Assembly: GCA_037720515.1 (NCBI GenBank)
Contig: JBBJMM010000015.1
Span: 4,621-68,620 of the forward strand
DNA: 64,000 bases
Direction of reading: 5' to 3'
Source: Ferruginibacter sp.
Lineage (GTDB): Bacteria; Bacteroidota; Bacteroidia; Chitinophagales; Chitinophagaceae
Below are positions 40,379 to 49,385 of this stretch, piece by piece. Made by a program: the position numbers and the translations under genes. The notes beneath the pieces are model-generated. The model was not told the DNA's origin. It saw nothing but the letters and a program-made list of their open reading frames with translations, and did no database searches. The number at the start of each line of letters is the position of its first letter. Position 1 is the stretch's first letter.

Positions 40379-40759
40379 TTATAAATTATTTACTATTCTG
40401 TGAATCCCATCTTTAATAAGGTGCACATTAAAATTAACAAGTAAACCCAATCTTAAGTTAGTCAATTTTAAGTAAGTCTGTAGTTGCCTGTAATGGATAG
40501 GAGCCAACACTTCTATTGATTTTAGTTCTACAATCAATTTTCCATCGACAATAAAGTCCACTCTAAATCCTATTTCAAGTTTTATCTTTTCATGTATTAG
40601 TGGAATTGCATGCTGCCTTTCGAAAGTAAGTTCCGTTTTATGCAACTCGTAAGCAATTAATTCTTCATAAACGGATTCAAATAATCCCGGGCCATATTTT
40701 TTATGCAAACGAAAGCAAATATTCACCACTTGTTTTGCTATTTCGTTTTCAGAATACAT
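40379..40759 (-). CDS. GxxExxY family protein (PD-(D/E)xK nuclease-like)
   Basis: GPGLFESVYE, FRVDFIVDGKLIVELKS, QLQTYLKLTNLRLGLLVNF. Confidence 0.93.
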   Translation of the reverse strand: MYSENEIAKQVVNICFRLHKKYGPGLFESVYEELIAYELHKTELTFERQHAIPLIHEKIKLEIGFRVDFIVDGKLIVELKSIEVLAPIHYRQLQTYLKLTNLRLGLLVNFNVHLIKDGIHRIVNNL

Positions 40760-40850
40760 ACTGTTTCAATTCTATGATCCAAATATGCATTATAAATCCA
40801 ATAAACTTATATAGTAATCAACATCAATTGCTGCCTTTTTTCTTTCTTTG

Positions 40851-42206
40851 CTACTTTGCGTCTTTGCGTGAAATCAAAAAATCCATAATAGCAGCCGCCC
40901 CTTCTTTCCCCGCCTGCACTGCATCCACCACTTCCTTTCCCCCATTCACTGCATCTCCGCCGGCAAAAACGCCATCGAAGTTGGTAGTTACCTGTTCATC
41001 AATTACAATTCTGCCATGAGAATTATTGATCCCTTCATTATTTACAAGATCTTCAAAAGGTTCTTGTCCTGCTGCCTTTATGATCATATCTACTTCCATA
41101 ATAAATTGCTCACCTGTTTTCACGGGTGATCTTCGCCCACTTTCATCTGCCTCACCCAGTTGCATAACATCACATTTTAATGCTGCAACTCTTTTGTCAA
41201 TCCCCAGAACTTCTGCAGGTGCTGCCAGCCATTTTATATTACAACCATCCAGCATTGCGATTTCCAATTCCACATCCGTACAGGGCATCTCTTCCTTTGT
41301 TCGTCTATACAATATCGTGACTTCCTTTGCACCCAGCCTTTTTGCCTGGGTGGCGGCATCAATTGCCGTCATACCCATTCCGATAACAGCAACTTTTTCG
41401 CCTACTTCAACTTTATTAAAACCTTTACTCCGGATTTCATAAATAAAACTGATAGCATCCACTACACCTTGCATTTCCTCACCGGGTATGTTTAAACGAC
41501 GTGCCAGGCCAACACCAAATGCGAGGTAGACCGCATCATATTTTTTTTGCAATTCAGGGAGGTCTGTATTTCTTCCCAGTTCATGTTCATATTTTATGTT
41601 GATCCCCCCTATTGATAAAATATAATCTACTTCATTTTCACAAAATTCCGGCGTTACTTTATAAGCTGCAATACCGTACGTCATTAACCCGCCACCTTTT
41701 TTTTCCTTTTCATATATGGTAACGTCTATCCCTTCCCGTGATAAAACATGTGCACAACTTAAACCTGCAGGGCCAGCTCCTACGATAGCCACTTTTTTAT
41801 TAATGCCCGGCTTTCTTTTAAATAGCGGCCATTTTTTTTCCATAGCTATTTCTGTACTATAGCGTTGTAATTTAGCAATGGGTATGGGCGGCTCCTTCAT
41901 CAGGTTGAATACGCAACTGCCTTCACATAATTTTTCAACCGGACATACTTTGCCGCAACCTGCACCCATGATATTAGACAGAAATATTGTATGTGCACTG
42001 CCTTTGATATTATCAGTAGTGATCTGCTTTATAAATTTTGGAACATTGATGCTGGTTGGGCAGGCTTTGATACACGGCGCATCATAACAGAACAAGCACC
42101 TGTTGGCTTCTACCAGTGCGGCACCATAGGAGTCAAAAGGAGGATGGATATCGCTGAAATTTTCAGCATATTCCTTTTCCGAAAGGTTGTTATTTTGAAT
42201 TGCCAT
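40851..42206 (-). CDS. preT: Dihydropyrimidine dehydrogenase subunit PreT
   Basis: EANRCLFCYDAPCIKACPT, CGKVCPVEKLCEGSC, GAGPAGL, TAIDAA, VFAGGD. Confidence 0.93.
   Translation of the reverse strand: MAIQNNNLSEKEYAENFSDIHPPFDSYGAALVEANRCLFCYDAPCIKACPTSINVPKFIKQITTDNIKGSAHTIFLSNIMGAGCGKVCPVEKLCEGSCVFNLMKEPPIPIAKLQRYSTEIAMEKKWPLFKRKPGINKKVAIVGAGPAGLSCAHVLSREGIDVTIYEKEKKGGGLMTYGIAAYKVTPEFCENEVDYILSIGGINIKYEHELGRNTDLPELQKKYDAVYLAFGVGLARRLNIPGEEMQGVVDAISFIYEIRSKGFNKVEVGEKVAVIGMGMTAIDAATQAKRLGAKEVTILYRRTKEEMPCTDVELEIAMLDGCNIKWLAAPAEVLGIDKRVAALKCDVMQLGEADESGRRSPVKTGEQFIMEVDMIIKAAGQEPFEDLVNNEGINNSHGRIVIDEQVTTNFDGVFAGGDAVNGGKEVVDAVQAGKEGAAAIMDFLISRKDAK
40854..40873. repeat. Right arm of CGCAAAG inverted repeat, inside the preT 3' end
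   Basis: CTTTGCGTCTTTGCGTGAAA; its reverse complement TTTCACGCAAAGACGCAAAG matches the left arm. Confidence 0.75.
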
Positions 42207-42216
42207 ATTTTACATT

Positions 42217-42291
42217 TTCACGCAAAGGCGCTAAGAATAAAAAGCCGGAAAGATTTTTTGCGTCTTAAATCACTTTGCATCTTTGCGTGGA
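42217..42291. repeat. Empty CGCAAAG inverted-repeat element
   Basis: TTCACGCAAAGGCGCTAAG (42217) and CTTTGCATCTTTGCGTGGA (42273). Confidence 0.8.
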
Positions 42292-42297
42292 ATTACT

Positions 42298-43164
42298 TTA
42301 AAGTTCTACCAATTTACCATAAGTTTCCGGCCTTCTATCTCTAAAAAACTGCCACGTATTTCTTACTTCATCGATCATATCAAGGTCGAAATCGGCGATC
42401 AATAATTCGTCTTTGTCTTCACTTGCCTGGGAAAAAATTTGTCCGCGCGGATCAACAAAATAAGAGCTGCCATAAAACTTTCCAAGATTCCAGGGTTTCT
42501 CTTCACCCACCCGGTTAATGCAACCCATGAAATAACCATTTGCTGCGGCATGTGCCGGTTGCTCCAGTTTCCACAAATATTGCGACAAACCTGCAACTGT
42601 TGCCGAAGGATTGTATACGATCTCTGCACCGTTCAATCCCAGTACTCTTGCACCATCAGGGAAATGCCTGTCATAACAAATGTAAACACCCACTTTTGCG
42701 TACTTCGTTTGAAATACAGGGTAGCCAAGGTTTCCAGGTTTAAAGAAAAACTTTTCCCAAAACCCAGAGGTATGTGGTATATGATTCTTTCTGTATTTAC
42801 CCAGGTAAGTTCCATCTGCATCTATCACGGCAGCCGTATTGTATAATACTCCTGATTGTTCTTTTTCATAGATGGGAACGATAATTACCATATTGTATTT
42901 TTTTGCATACACCGCCATTCGTTCTGTAGTAGGCCCTGGTACAGCTTCTGCTGATGCATACCATTTCTTATCCTGCCCTGGGCAGAAATAAGGAGTATTA
43001 AAAATCTCCTGCAGGCAGAGTATCTGCACACCTTTTTCTCCTGCCTCTTCTATTAATGGAATGTGTTTTTGTATCATTGCTTCAATGATCTCGGGTATCG
43101 TTCCTTCACCTTCTGTTTTTGGGAGGCTCATTTGTATGAGGCCTGATTTTATTATCCTTGCCAT
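42298..43164 (-). CDS. Beta-ureidopropionase (N-carbamoyl-beta-alanine amidohydrolase), nitrilase superfamily
   Basis: Glu (LQEIF), Lys (YRKNHIP), Cys (ICYDRHF) triad; WQFFRDRRPE; operon context. Confidence 0.88.
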   Translation of the reverse strand: MARIIKSGLIQMSLPKTEGEGTIPEIIEAMIQKHIPLIEEAGEKGVQILCLQEIFNTPYFCPGQDKKWYASAEAVPGPTTERMAVYAKKYNMVIIVPIYEKEQSGVLYNTAAVIDADGTYLGKYRKNHIPHTSGFWEKFFFKPGNLGYPVFQTKYAKVGVYICYDRHFPDGARVLGLNGAEIVYNPSATVAGLSQYLWKLEQPAHAAANGYFMGCINRVGEEKPWNLGKFYGSSYFVDPRGQIFSQASEDKDELLIADFDLDMIDEVRNTWQFFRDRRPETYGKLVEL

Positions 43165-43184
43165 GTTATATTTTTTATATTTTT

Positions 43185-43249
43185 TTCACGCAAAGGTCTT
43201 TAGGAAATCTCCTTTTTGCGTCTTTGCATCTTATTTTCTTTGCGAGAAA
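43185..43249. repeat. Empty CGCAAAG inverted-repeat element (degenerate)
   Basis: TTCACGCAAAGG (43185), TTTTGCGTCTTTGC (43214), CTTTGCGAGAAA (43238). Confidence 0.7.
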
Positions 43250-43411
43250 TTAAATCGCCTAATACACTTTTCCCCGTTTAATAAATTTACTATTTACTTT
43301 TTGCAATTTGCATTCATTGTTATCGATAAACCTTATTGCGAAGTTGCAACGGCAGTAATAAAAGAATAAAATATTTCATAACTAACGTTTTGAAAACTTT
43401 ACGCACATCAA

Positions 43412-44794
43412 TCAAATTATTCCACTCACTTTTTTCCTTCTTATAAATTTACCATACCCTTTTTCCAGTAAACAGTTGTTATTTTCTATAGCCACCTGGC
43501 CTCTTAATAAAACTGTTTTTACTTTCCCTGTTACTTCCCATCCTTCATAACCACTGTAATCAACATTCATGTGATGTGTTTTTGCAGAGAGGATATGCTT
43601 TTCATTGGGATCAAAAATAACTATATCAGCATCAGATCCTGTAGCAATAGTTCCTTTGCGGGGAAACATTCCAAAGATCTTTGCCGGGTTGGTACAGGCA
43701 ACTTCAACATATTTATTTACGGAGATCCTGTTTTTTACAACACCTTCACTAAACAATAACTCCATCCTGTTTTCAATTGCAGGATGACCATTAGGAATTT
43801 TTGAAAAATCATCTTTGCCCATTAGTTTCTGCTCCCACATAAAAGGGCAATGATCAGTAGCAACAACATTTACGGTTCCCTGGTTGATACCTGCCCACAA
43901 TGTAGACTGGTCTTTCATTTCACGCAATGGCGGGCTCATCACCCACTTCGCTCCTTCGAAATTATTTTCATATAAGGAAGCATCCAGGATCAGGTATTGA
44001 ATGCAGGTTTCTACAAAAACCTTTTGATTTCTTTTAGTTGCATTTCGCACCGCATTCAATGCACCTTCGCAGGTAAGATGAACAATATATCCCGGGCAAC
44101 CGGTGAAATTAGCCATATCTACAAACCTTTCGCTGGCTTCTGCTTCAGTTACTTCCGGCTGCGACAGGTAATGATACAACGGAGATAATTTTCCTTCTGT
44201 CCTGTGTTTTTGAATAAGGTAATCAATCATGTCTCCGTTAGTAGCATGAACATTTATCAGTCCACCTTGTTTTTTTACCTCTTCCATTAATCCTATCATC
44301 TGTCGATCATCGATCATCAATGCGCCTTTGTAAGCCATAAAAGTTTTAAAGGATGTTATTCCTTCCTTTTCTATGATGTCTTTTATTTCATTTTTAGTTA
44401 CCTCATTAAAGTCTGTTACAGCCATATGAAAACTATAGTCACCTACACAATTATTATCGGCACGGCTGCGCCAGTCATTCAATGCTGCGTACAAAGAGCG
44501 ACCCTGCGTTTGCAGAATAAAATCAATTACCATAGTTGTGCCTCCATACAAGGCAGCCCGCGTACCGGTTTCATAATTATCACTTGAAAATGTTCCCATA
44601 AAAGGCATATCCAGGTGAACATGAGGATCAATTCCACCGGGAAAAACCAGTTTCCCGGCAGCATTAATAATTGTATCAGCCTGCATCGACAAATTCTTTC
44701 CTATCGTATGTACCAACTCACCTTCGATATAAATATCTGCTTCATAATCATCTGTAGCGGTAACAATTCTTCCGTTCTTAATTAAAATAGACAT
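43412..44794 (-). CDS. hydA: Dihydropyrimidinase
   Basis: PGGIDPHVHL, SFKTFMAYK, VHATNG, IVHLT, ATDHCPF, KIPNG. Confidence 0.95.
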   Translation of the reverse strand: MSILIKNGRIVTATDDYEADIYIEGELVHTIGKNLSMQADTIINAAGKLVFPGGIDPHVHLDMPFMGTFSSDNYETGTRAALYGGTTMVIDFILQTQGRSLYAALNDWRSRADNNCVGDYSFHMAVTDFNEVTKNEIKDIIEKEGITSFKTFMAYKGALMIDDRQMIGLMEEVKKQGGLINVHATNGDMIDYLIQKHRTEGKLSPLYHYLSQPEVTEAEASERFVDMANFTGCPGYIVHLTCEGALNAVRNATKRNQKVFVETCIQYLILDASLYENNFEGAKWVMSPPLREMKDQSTLWAGINQGTVNVVATDHCPFMWEQKLMGKDDFSKIPNGHPAIENRMELLFSEGVVKNRISVNKYVEVACTNPAKIFGMFPRKGTIATGSDADIVIFDPNEKHILSAKTHHMNVDYSGYEGWEVTGKVKTVLLRGQVAIENNNCLLEKGYGKFIRRKKVSGII

Positions 44795-44803
44795 ATTGAA
44801 TTA

Positions 44804-44917
44804 TTTTGAATTTTGAATTTTAAATGAGAACAATAGAACATAGAGTATCTTATAACAAGAATACCTGCTAACTCTTTCATGCCTTTTAATTTAAAATCTA
44901 TAATTTAAAATTTAAAA
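44804..44917. repeat. Inverted heptad repeats (TTTTGAA)n ... (TTTAAAA)n
   Basis: Three heptads at 44804-44824 and four at 44890-44917 in the hydA/aminotransferase gap. Confidence 0.55.
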
Positions 44918-46255
44918 TACATCACTGTCTGCAATCTCGATCGCTTTTGAAATAATAGCCAGGCCTTCATCTATTTGTTCCTTCGTTATACAAAGCGGTG
45001 GTGCAATAAATACATAGCTCCAGCGAACAAAAGTATACATGCCCAGTTCCCTGATCTTTGCAGCCACTTTATTCATAACCGTCATTTCATCCGGCTTTGC
45101 ATTGAAGGGCGCCATTGGTTGCTTTGTTTTTTTATTCTTAACCAGTTCAATACAACCCAACAAACCTGTAGTTCTGAAATCCCCAATGGATGGATGTTTC
45201 ACTTTTAATTCCTCCATCCTTGCTGATATATAATTACCCATTGCCTGTGCATTTTCTATCAGGTTTTCTTCTTCATAAATTTTTATTGTTTCCAGTGCTG
45301 CTGCACAACTTACCGGGTGCGCGGAATAAGTTAATCCAAGGGGCAGTACAGCATCATCATACTTAGCAGCAATTTTATCCGACACCATCAGGCATCCAAA
45401 CGGAAGGTAACCGCAGGTGAGCCCTTTTGCCATACAGATCATATCCGGAATGATATCGTGGTTCTGAAAGCCAAACCATTTGCCGGTTCGTCCAAAGCCG
45501 CTCATTACTTCATCCATGATCAGGAGTATACCATTCACATCACATATTTTTCTTACCCGCGCCAGGTAGCCTTTGGGATATTGCAAACATCCCGAAGATC
45601 CGGATTCACCTTCCAATAGAATAGCAGCTATGTTGCCGGCTCCTTCATATGCGATCATTCTTTCCAGTGCTGCTACAGATTCGGATAAAAGGTTTTCTTC
45701 ACCATACTCCCAGCGGTAGTTGTAAGGCAGGTCAAAATGAATAAAGTTTGGAGCCTGCTGCGAGTCAACACTGATCCGCCGCGGATCTCCACTTGCCGAG
45801 ATCGCTGCAATAGATGCACCATGATAGGATTGATAGCGGGATAATATTTTATGACGCCCTGTATAATGACGCGCAAGTTTTATTGCATTTTCAATAGAAG
45901 TTGCGCCGCATAAGGTAAAGAAGGCTTTGTTGAGATCGCCCGGACAAATTTCTGCAAGTTTTTTACCAAGCTCACCCCGCACTTCTGTAACACAACCCGG
46001 GGTTACATAACTTACCTGTTGCATTTGTTTTATAACGGCTTCGGTTATACGCTGATTACCATGACCAATGTTCACATTCATCAATCCTGAAGAAAAATCA
46101 ATATACTTTTTATCATCAAAATCATACAGGTAAACTCCTTCGGCATATTTCACTGCAATTGGATCAATTCCTTTCTGTTTACTCCAACTAAATAAGGTAT
46201 AGTTTAGATTATTTTCAACAATCTCTTTCGTTTGGCTTTTTGTTTTGAATTCCAT
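44912..46255 (-). CDS. Class III PLP aminotransferase, probable beta-alanine aminotransferase (PydD-like)
   Basis: DFSSGLMNVNIGH, SYHG, DEVMSGFGRTG, MAKGLT, TYSAHP; start taken at MEFKTK. Confidence 0.88.
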   Translation of the reverse strand: MEFKTKSQTKEIVENNLNYTLFSWSKQKGIDPIAVKYAEGVYLYDFDDKKYIDFSSGLMNVNIGHGNQRITEAVIKQMQQVSYVTPGCVTEVRGELGKKLAEICPGDLNKAFFTLCGATSIENAIKLARHYTGRHKILSRYQSYHGASIAAISASGDPRRISVDSQQAPNFIHFDLPYNYRWEYGEENLLSESVAALERMIAYEGAGNIAAILLEGESGSSGCLQYPKGYLARVRKICDVNGILLIMDEVMSGFGRTGKWFGFQNHDIIPDMICMAKGLTCGYLPFGCLMVSDKIAAKYDDAVLPLGLTYSAHPVSCAAALETIKIYEEENLIENAQAMGNYISARMEELKVKHPSIGDFRTTGLLGCIELVKNKKTKQPMAPFNAKPDEMTVMNKVAAKIRELGMYTFVRWSYVFIAPPLCITKEQIDEGLAIISKAIEIADSDVF

Positions 46256-46273
46256 ACTTTGTATTTTTTTATG

Positions 46274-46345
46274 TTTCACGTAAAGGCGCAAAGAAATACA
46301 GAAGGAAAATTAGCGCCTTTGCTTACTTACCTACTTTGCGTGAAA
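46274..46345. repeat. Empty CGCAAAG inverted-repeat element
   Basis: TTTCACGTAAAGGCGCAAAG (46274) and TTAGCGCCTTTGC...CTTTGCGTGAAA (46310-46345). Confidence 0.8.
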
Positions 46346-47803
46346 TTAACTCATCCAGTTCACCCCAGCTTCCGGGTTCCATTTAGTTGTTGTCTTTTTT
46401 AATTTGGTCCAGAATTCTATTGAACTTTTTCCGGTGATATCGCCTACACCAAATTTGCTTTCATTCCAGCCCCCAAAAGAAAAGGGTTCTCTTGGAACGG
46501 GCACCCCTACATTAACGCCGATCATTCCTGCGCTGGCATTATCAATTATATATCTTGCCATTCCACCGTTCTGAGTAAATACACTGGCCGCATTGCCATA
46601 AGGATTTGCATTTTCAATTGCAAGGGCTTCATCCACTGTTTTTGTACGCATGATACTTACTACAGGGCCGAATATTTCTTCAGTTGCCACACTCATCCCG
46701 GGTGTAACATGATCAATAACAGTTGGACCTACATAAGTTCCGTTTTCTTTTCCCTTCACACGGGCATTCCTTCCGTCTACCAGTATTTTAGCGCCCTGTT
46801 CTTCTGCTTCAGTTATATATCTTTCAATACGCACCTGCGATTCTTTATTTATAACAGCGCCAAGATTTTCGCCGGGTGTGATCTTTCTTGCTTCCTCACA
46901 AATCTTATCAATGATGTGATCCACATCTCCTACAGCGATCATTGCGGAAGCCGCCATGCATCGCTGGCCTGCACAACCACTCATTGAAGCCGCCACATTT
47001 TGTGCAGTCATGGAAGGGATCGCATCCGGCAAAACCATTAAATGATTTTTAGCCCCGCCTAAAGCCAGGCATCTTTTATAATTTGCAGTTGAACGCTGAT
47101 AAACAATTTTTGCAACTTTAGTAGATCCTACAAAACTTACAGCTTCAATATCCGGGTGATCACAGATGGCTTCAACGATCTCAACATCCCCATGAACTAT
47201 ACTGAAAACTCCATCAGGTAACCCGGCTTCTTTCAACAATTCTGCTAATCTTCCACAACTTAAAGGCACTTTTTCAGAAGGCTTCATGATCATGCAATTT
47301 CCCAGTGCAATTGCATTTGGTAATGTCCAGTTAGGAACCATGCTTGGAAAATTGAATGGTACAATAGACGCTACCACTCCTAACGAAACATGTTCAGTGC
47401 GGCACTCCACTCCTTTACTCACCTCCAGGATCTCTCCGGTTACCAACTGTGGCAGTGAGGTTGCAAATTCAGTAAGCTCTATGCTTTTTTCAATTTCCGC
47501 CATAGCTTCGCTGAATGTTTTTCCATTTTCCTCCTGCACAAGTTCTGCCAGCTCTTTACTGTGCTTCTCCAATAAACTTTTATACCGGAAAAATACCTGT
47601 ACTCTTTCTTTTATGGGTGTTTTGCTCCAGGTAATATGCGCTTTTTTTGCAGCACGTACGGCATTATTCAGATCTTCCAGATCCGAAAGGGGAACTGTTG
47701 ATAATAATTTTCCGTCAAGAGGAGAAATGATATCAATGGTTTTATTTCCGGATGGCTTTGCAAATACTCCATTAACAAAATTTTGAACAGGGCTATACTT
47801 CAT
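46346..47803 (-). CDS. mmsA: CoA-acylating (methyl)malonate-semialdehyde dehydrogenase
   Basis: PFNFP, KPSEKVP, FVGST, LGGAKNH, GCAGQRCMA, EEIFGP, GVNVGVPVP. Confidence 0.93.
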   Translation of the reverse strand: MKYSPVQNFVNGVFAKPSGNKTIDIISPLDGKLLSTVPLSDLEDLNNAVRAAKKAHITWSKTPIKERVQVFFRYKSLLEKHSKELAELVQEENGKTFSEAMAEIEKSIELTEFATSLPQLVTGEILEVSKGVECRTEHVSLGVVASIVPFNFPSMVPNWTLPNAIALGNCMIMKPSEKVPLSCGRLAELLKEAGLPDGVFSIVHGDVEIVEAICDHPDIEAVSFVGSTKVAKIVYQRSTANYKRCLALGGAKNHLMVLPDAIPSMTAQNVAASMSGCAGQRCMAASAMIAVGDVDHIIDKICEEARKITPGENLGAVINKESQVRIERYITEAEEQGAKILVDGRNARVKGKENGTYVGPTVIDHVTPGMSVATEEIFGPVVSIMRTKTVDEALAIENANPYGNAASVFTQNGGMARYIIDNASAGMIGVNVGVPVPREPFSFGGWNESKFGVGDITGKSSIEFWTKLKKTTTKWNPEAGVNWMS

Positions 47804-47834
47804 ATAATTAATTGAATCGATTGTTGAGATAGGG

Positions 47835-47842
47835 CAAACTTA
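47835..47842 (-). promoter_or_regulatory. -7 box for the pyrimidine catabolic operon
   Basis: Minus-strand TAAGTTTG matches TAnnTTTG, 31 bp upstream of mmsA. Confidence 0.55.
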
Positions 47843-47894
47843 ATTAACCAACTTTAAGTTATCCTTTTTTTCTATCACAATAAAATATTCAAAC

Positions 47895-47921
47895 AAAAAA
47901 GCCACTAATCCTAGTGGCTTT
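47895..47921 (-). terminator. Rho-independent terminator
   Basis: Minus strand AAAGCCACTA-GGAT-TAGTGGC-T6 just after the 47941 stop. Confidence 0.8.
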
Positions 47922-47940
47922 CCTGTGAGAATATTATTTC

Positions 47941-49353
47941 TTATTCTATAATTACAGGAATACTAATTGTTTTTATTGAACCTGAAAGCACAGCTTCATA
48001 TCTGCCGGCGGGATATCTGTCAATCGGAATAATATAATTTAAATTAATTCCTTTGTGCTGAACTGCATAGACCATTATTAACTGCCCGCTACTATTGTAA
48101 AGATTTAACTTATAATTTCCCTGGGGAATATTATTTAACCGTACAGTCATTACCGAACTACTTACCGGATTTGGGAATACTGTGATGCCGGGATCATTAT
48201 TAAAATTTACATAAACGATCTTACTGTATTTAAATTCCCCGTTAAGAGTTATATATCTTATCCTGTAAAAATTATCACCCGGCAAAGGATATGCATCGAT
48301 CAGATCATAAAACATATCACCCGTAGCTGATCTAGTATGTATCCTTTTAAAATCAATACCCTTACCTGATCTTTCAACTTCATAACTTTTAATACCTTCT
48401 TCATTTTCAATTTCCCACTCAACGATCACATCGTTTACTTTTGGATATGCTTTTATGTTTTTAAAAGTTAATGGTACCACTACAAAAGTTTCGCCGATTG
48501 CATATGAACCTAAAGTATTATAACCAGCGGCCCTGATGTTAGTAGAATTGCGGAAGGAAGTGCCTAACATTGTCCAGTTAGTACCATCATATAATCCAAC
48601 GCCAAACAGTGAGGTATTGGAACCGGCATCAACATCAGAAGATGCAAAATTAAATGTGGCCTGGTAACTATTAAAAACTGCATCACTATTGGTTATGGTC
48701 CAATACCGGTTCACACTTTTAGTTGGCCTTATTATGGAAATATTTAAATTAGGATGATCACCTGTAGTTGTTTTTGCTGCTATGTTTCCCGAGGTTAACA
48801 CATTGGGAAAATCAATTGAAACAGGAGCATATACAATAGCATCACCAATTTCAAATGATTTCGATACACTTCCTGTAATAAGATTTTTTTGTACTATTCC
48901 CTCTACCCAACCTGTATTCTGCGCAGCCCCTGTAATAATACCGGTTGAAAGAACAGAAACAGTATCGCTGCCAGTTTGAATATTTCCTGCAATAAAATTT
49001 AATGTATTCCTGATCAATGCATTAGTAGATAGAATAACTTTTCCGACAGTTTTGTTTATCGTAAGATTGGTGAATGCAGAAGTTGAAGAAAGGTTTTGAT
49101 CAATGGTTCCATTCATAAAAATTATTCCTGTTCCTCCCAGGTAAGGAACCTGTTCATTTACTAAATCCCCTTTTATAAAAACATTTCCATCATTCATCAA
49201 TTCAGCGGAAGAAGTATTTGTAAAATTTCCATTCATAAAAAAGGTATCAGTAGAACCAGTAAGTTTTACAATACCCCTGTTTGTGATATCTACCTGTGCA
49301 CTGGAAAGAAAACTAAAGGATAAAAATAATATGCAGCTAAAAAAAGTTTTCAT
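47941..49353 (-). CDS. T9SS type A sorting domain protein (beta-rich, adhesin-like)
   Basis: Signal peptide, VNRYWTI motif, VPLTF..IKAYP...VEWE, VFPNP C-terminal domain. Confidence 0.85.
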   Translation of the reverse strand: MKTFFSCILFLSFSFLSSAQVDITNRGIVKLTGSTDTFFMNGNFTNTSSAELMNDGNVFIKGDLVNEQVPYLGGTGIIFMNGTIDQNLSSTSAFTNLTINKTVGKVILSTNALIRNTLNFIAGNIQTGSDTVSVLSTGIITGAAQNTGWVEGIVQKNLITGSVSKSFEIGDAIVYAPVSIDFPNVLTSGNIAAKTTTGDHPNLNISIIRPTKSVNRYWTITNSDAVFNSYQATFNFASSDVDAGSNTSLFGVGLYDGTNWTMLGTSFRNSTNIRAAGYNTLGSYAIGETFVVVPLTFKNIKAYPKVNDVIVEWEIENEEGIKSYEVERSGKGIDFKRIHTRSATGDMFYDLIDAYPLPGDNFYRIRYITLNGEFKYSKIVYVNFNNDPGITVFPNPVSSSVMTVRLNNIPQGNYKLNLYNSSGQLIMVYAVQHKGINLNYIIPIDRYPAGRYEAVLSGSIKTISIPVIIE

Positions 49354-49385
49354 ACAATATTGGGATAGAGTACCGGTTAATAAAA

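Noticed and set aside
43320-43379. 19-codon minus-strand ORF MKYFILLLLPLQLRNKVYR in the hydA gap
   Set aside because: Could be a remnant signal peptide but too short to support.
46256-46291. TTG-started extension of the aminotransferase
   Set aside because: It runs through the CGCAAAG repeat arm; ATG at 46255 is more plausible.
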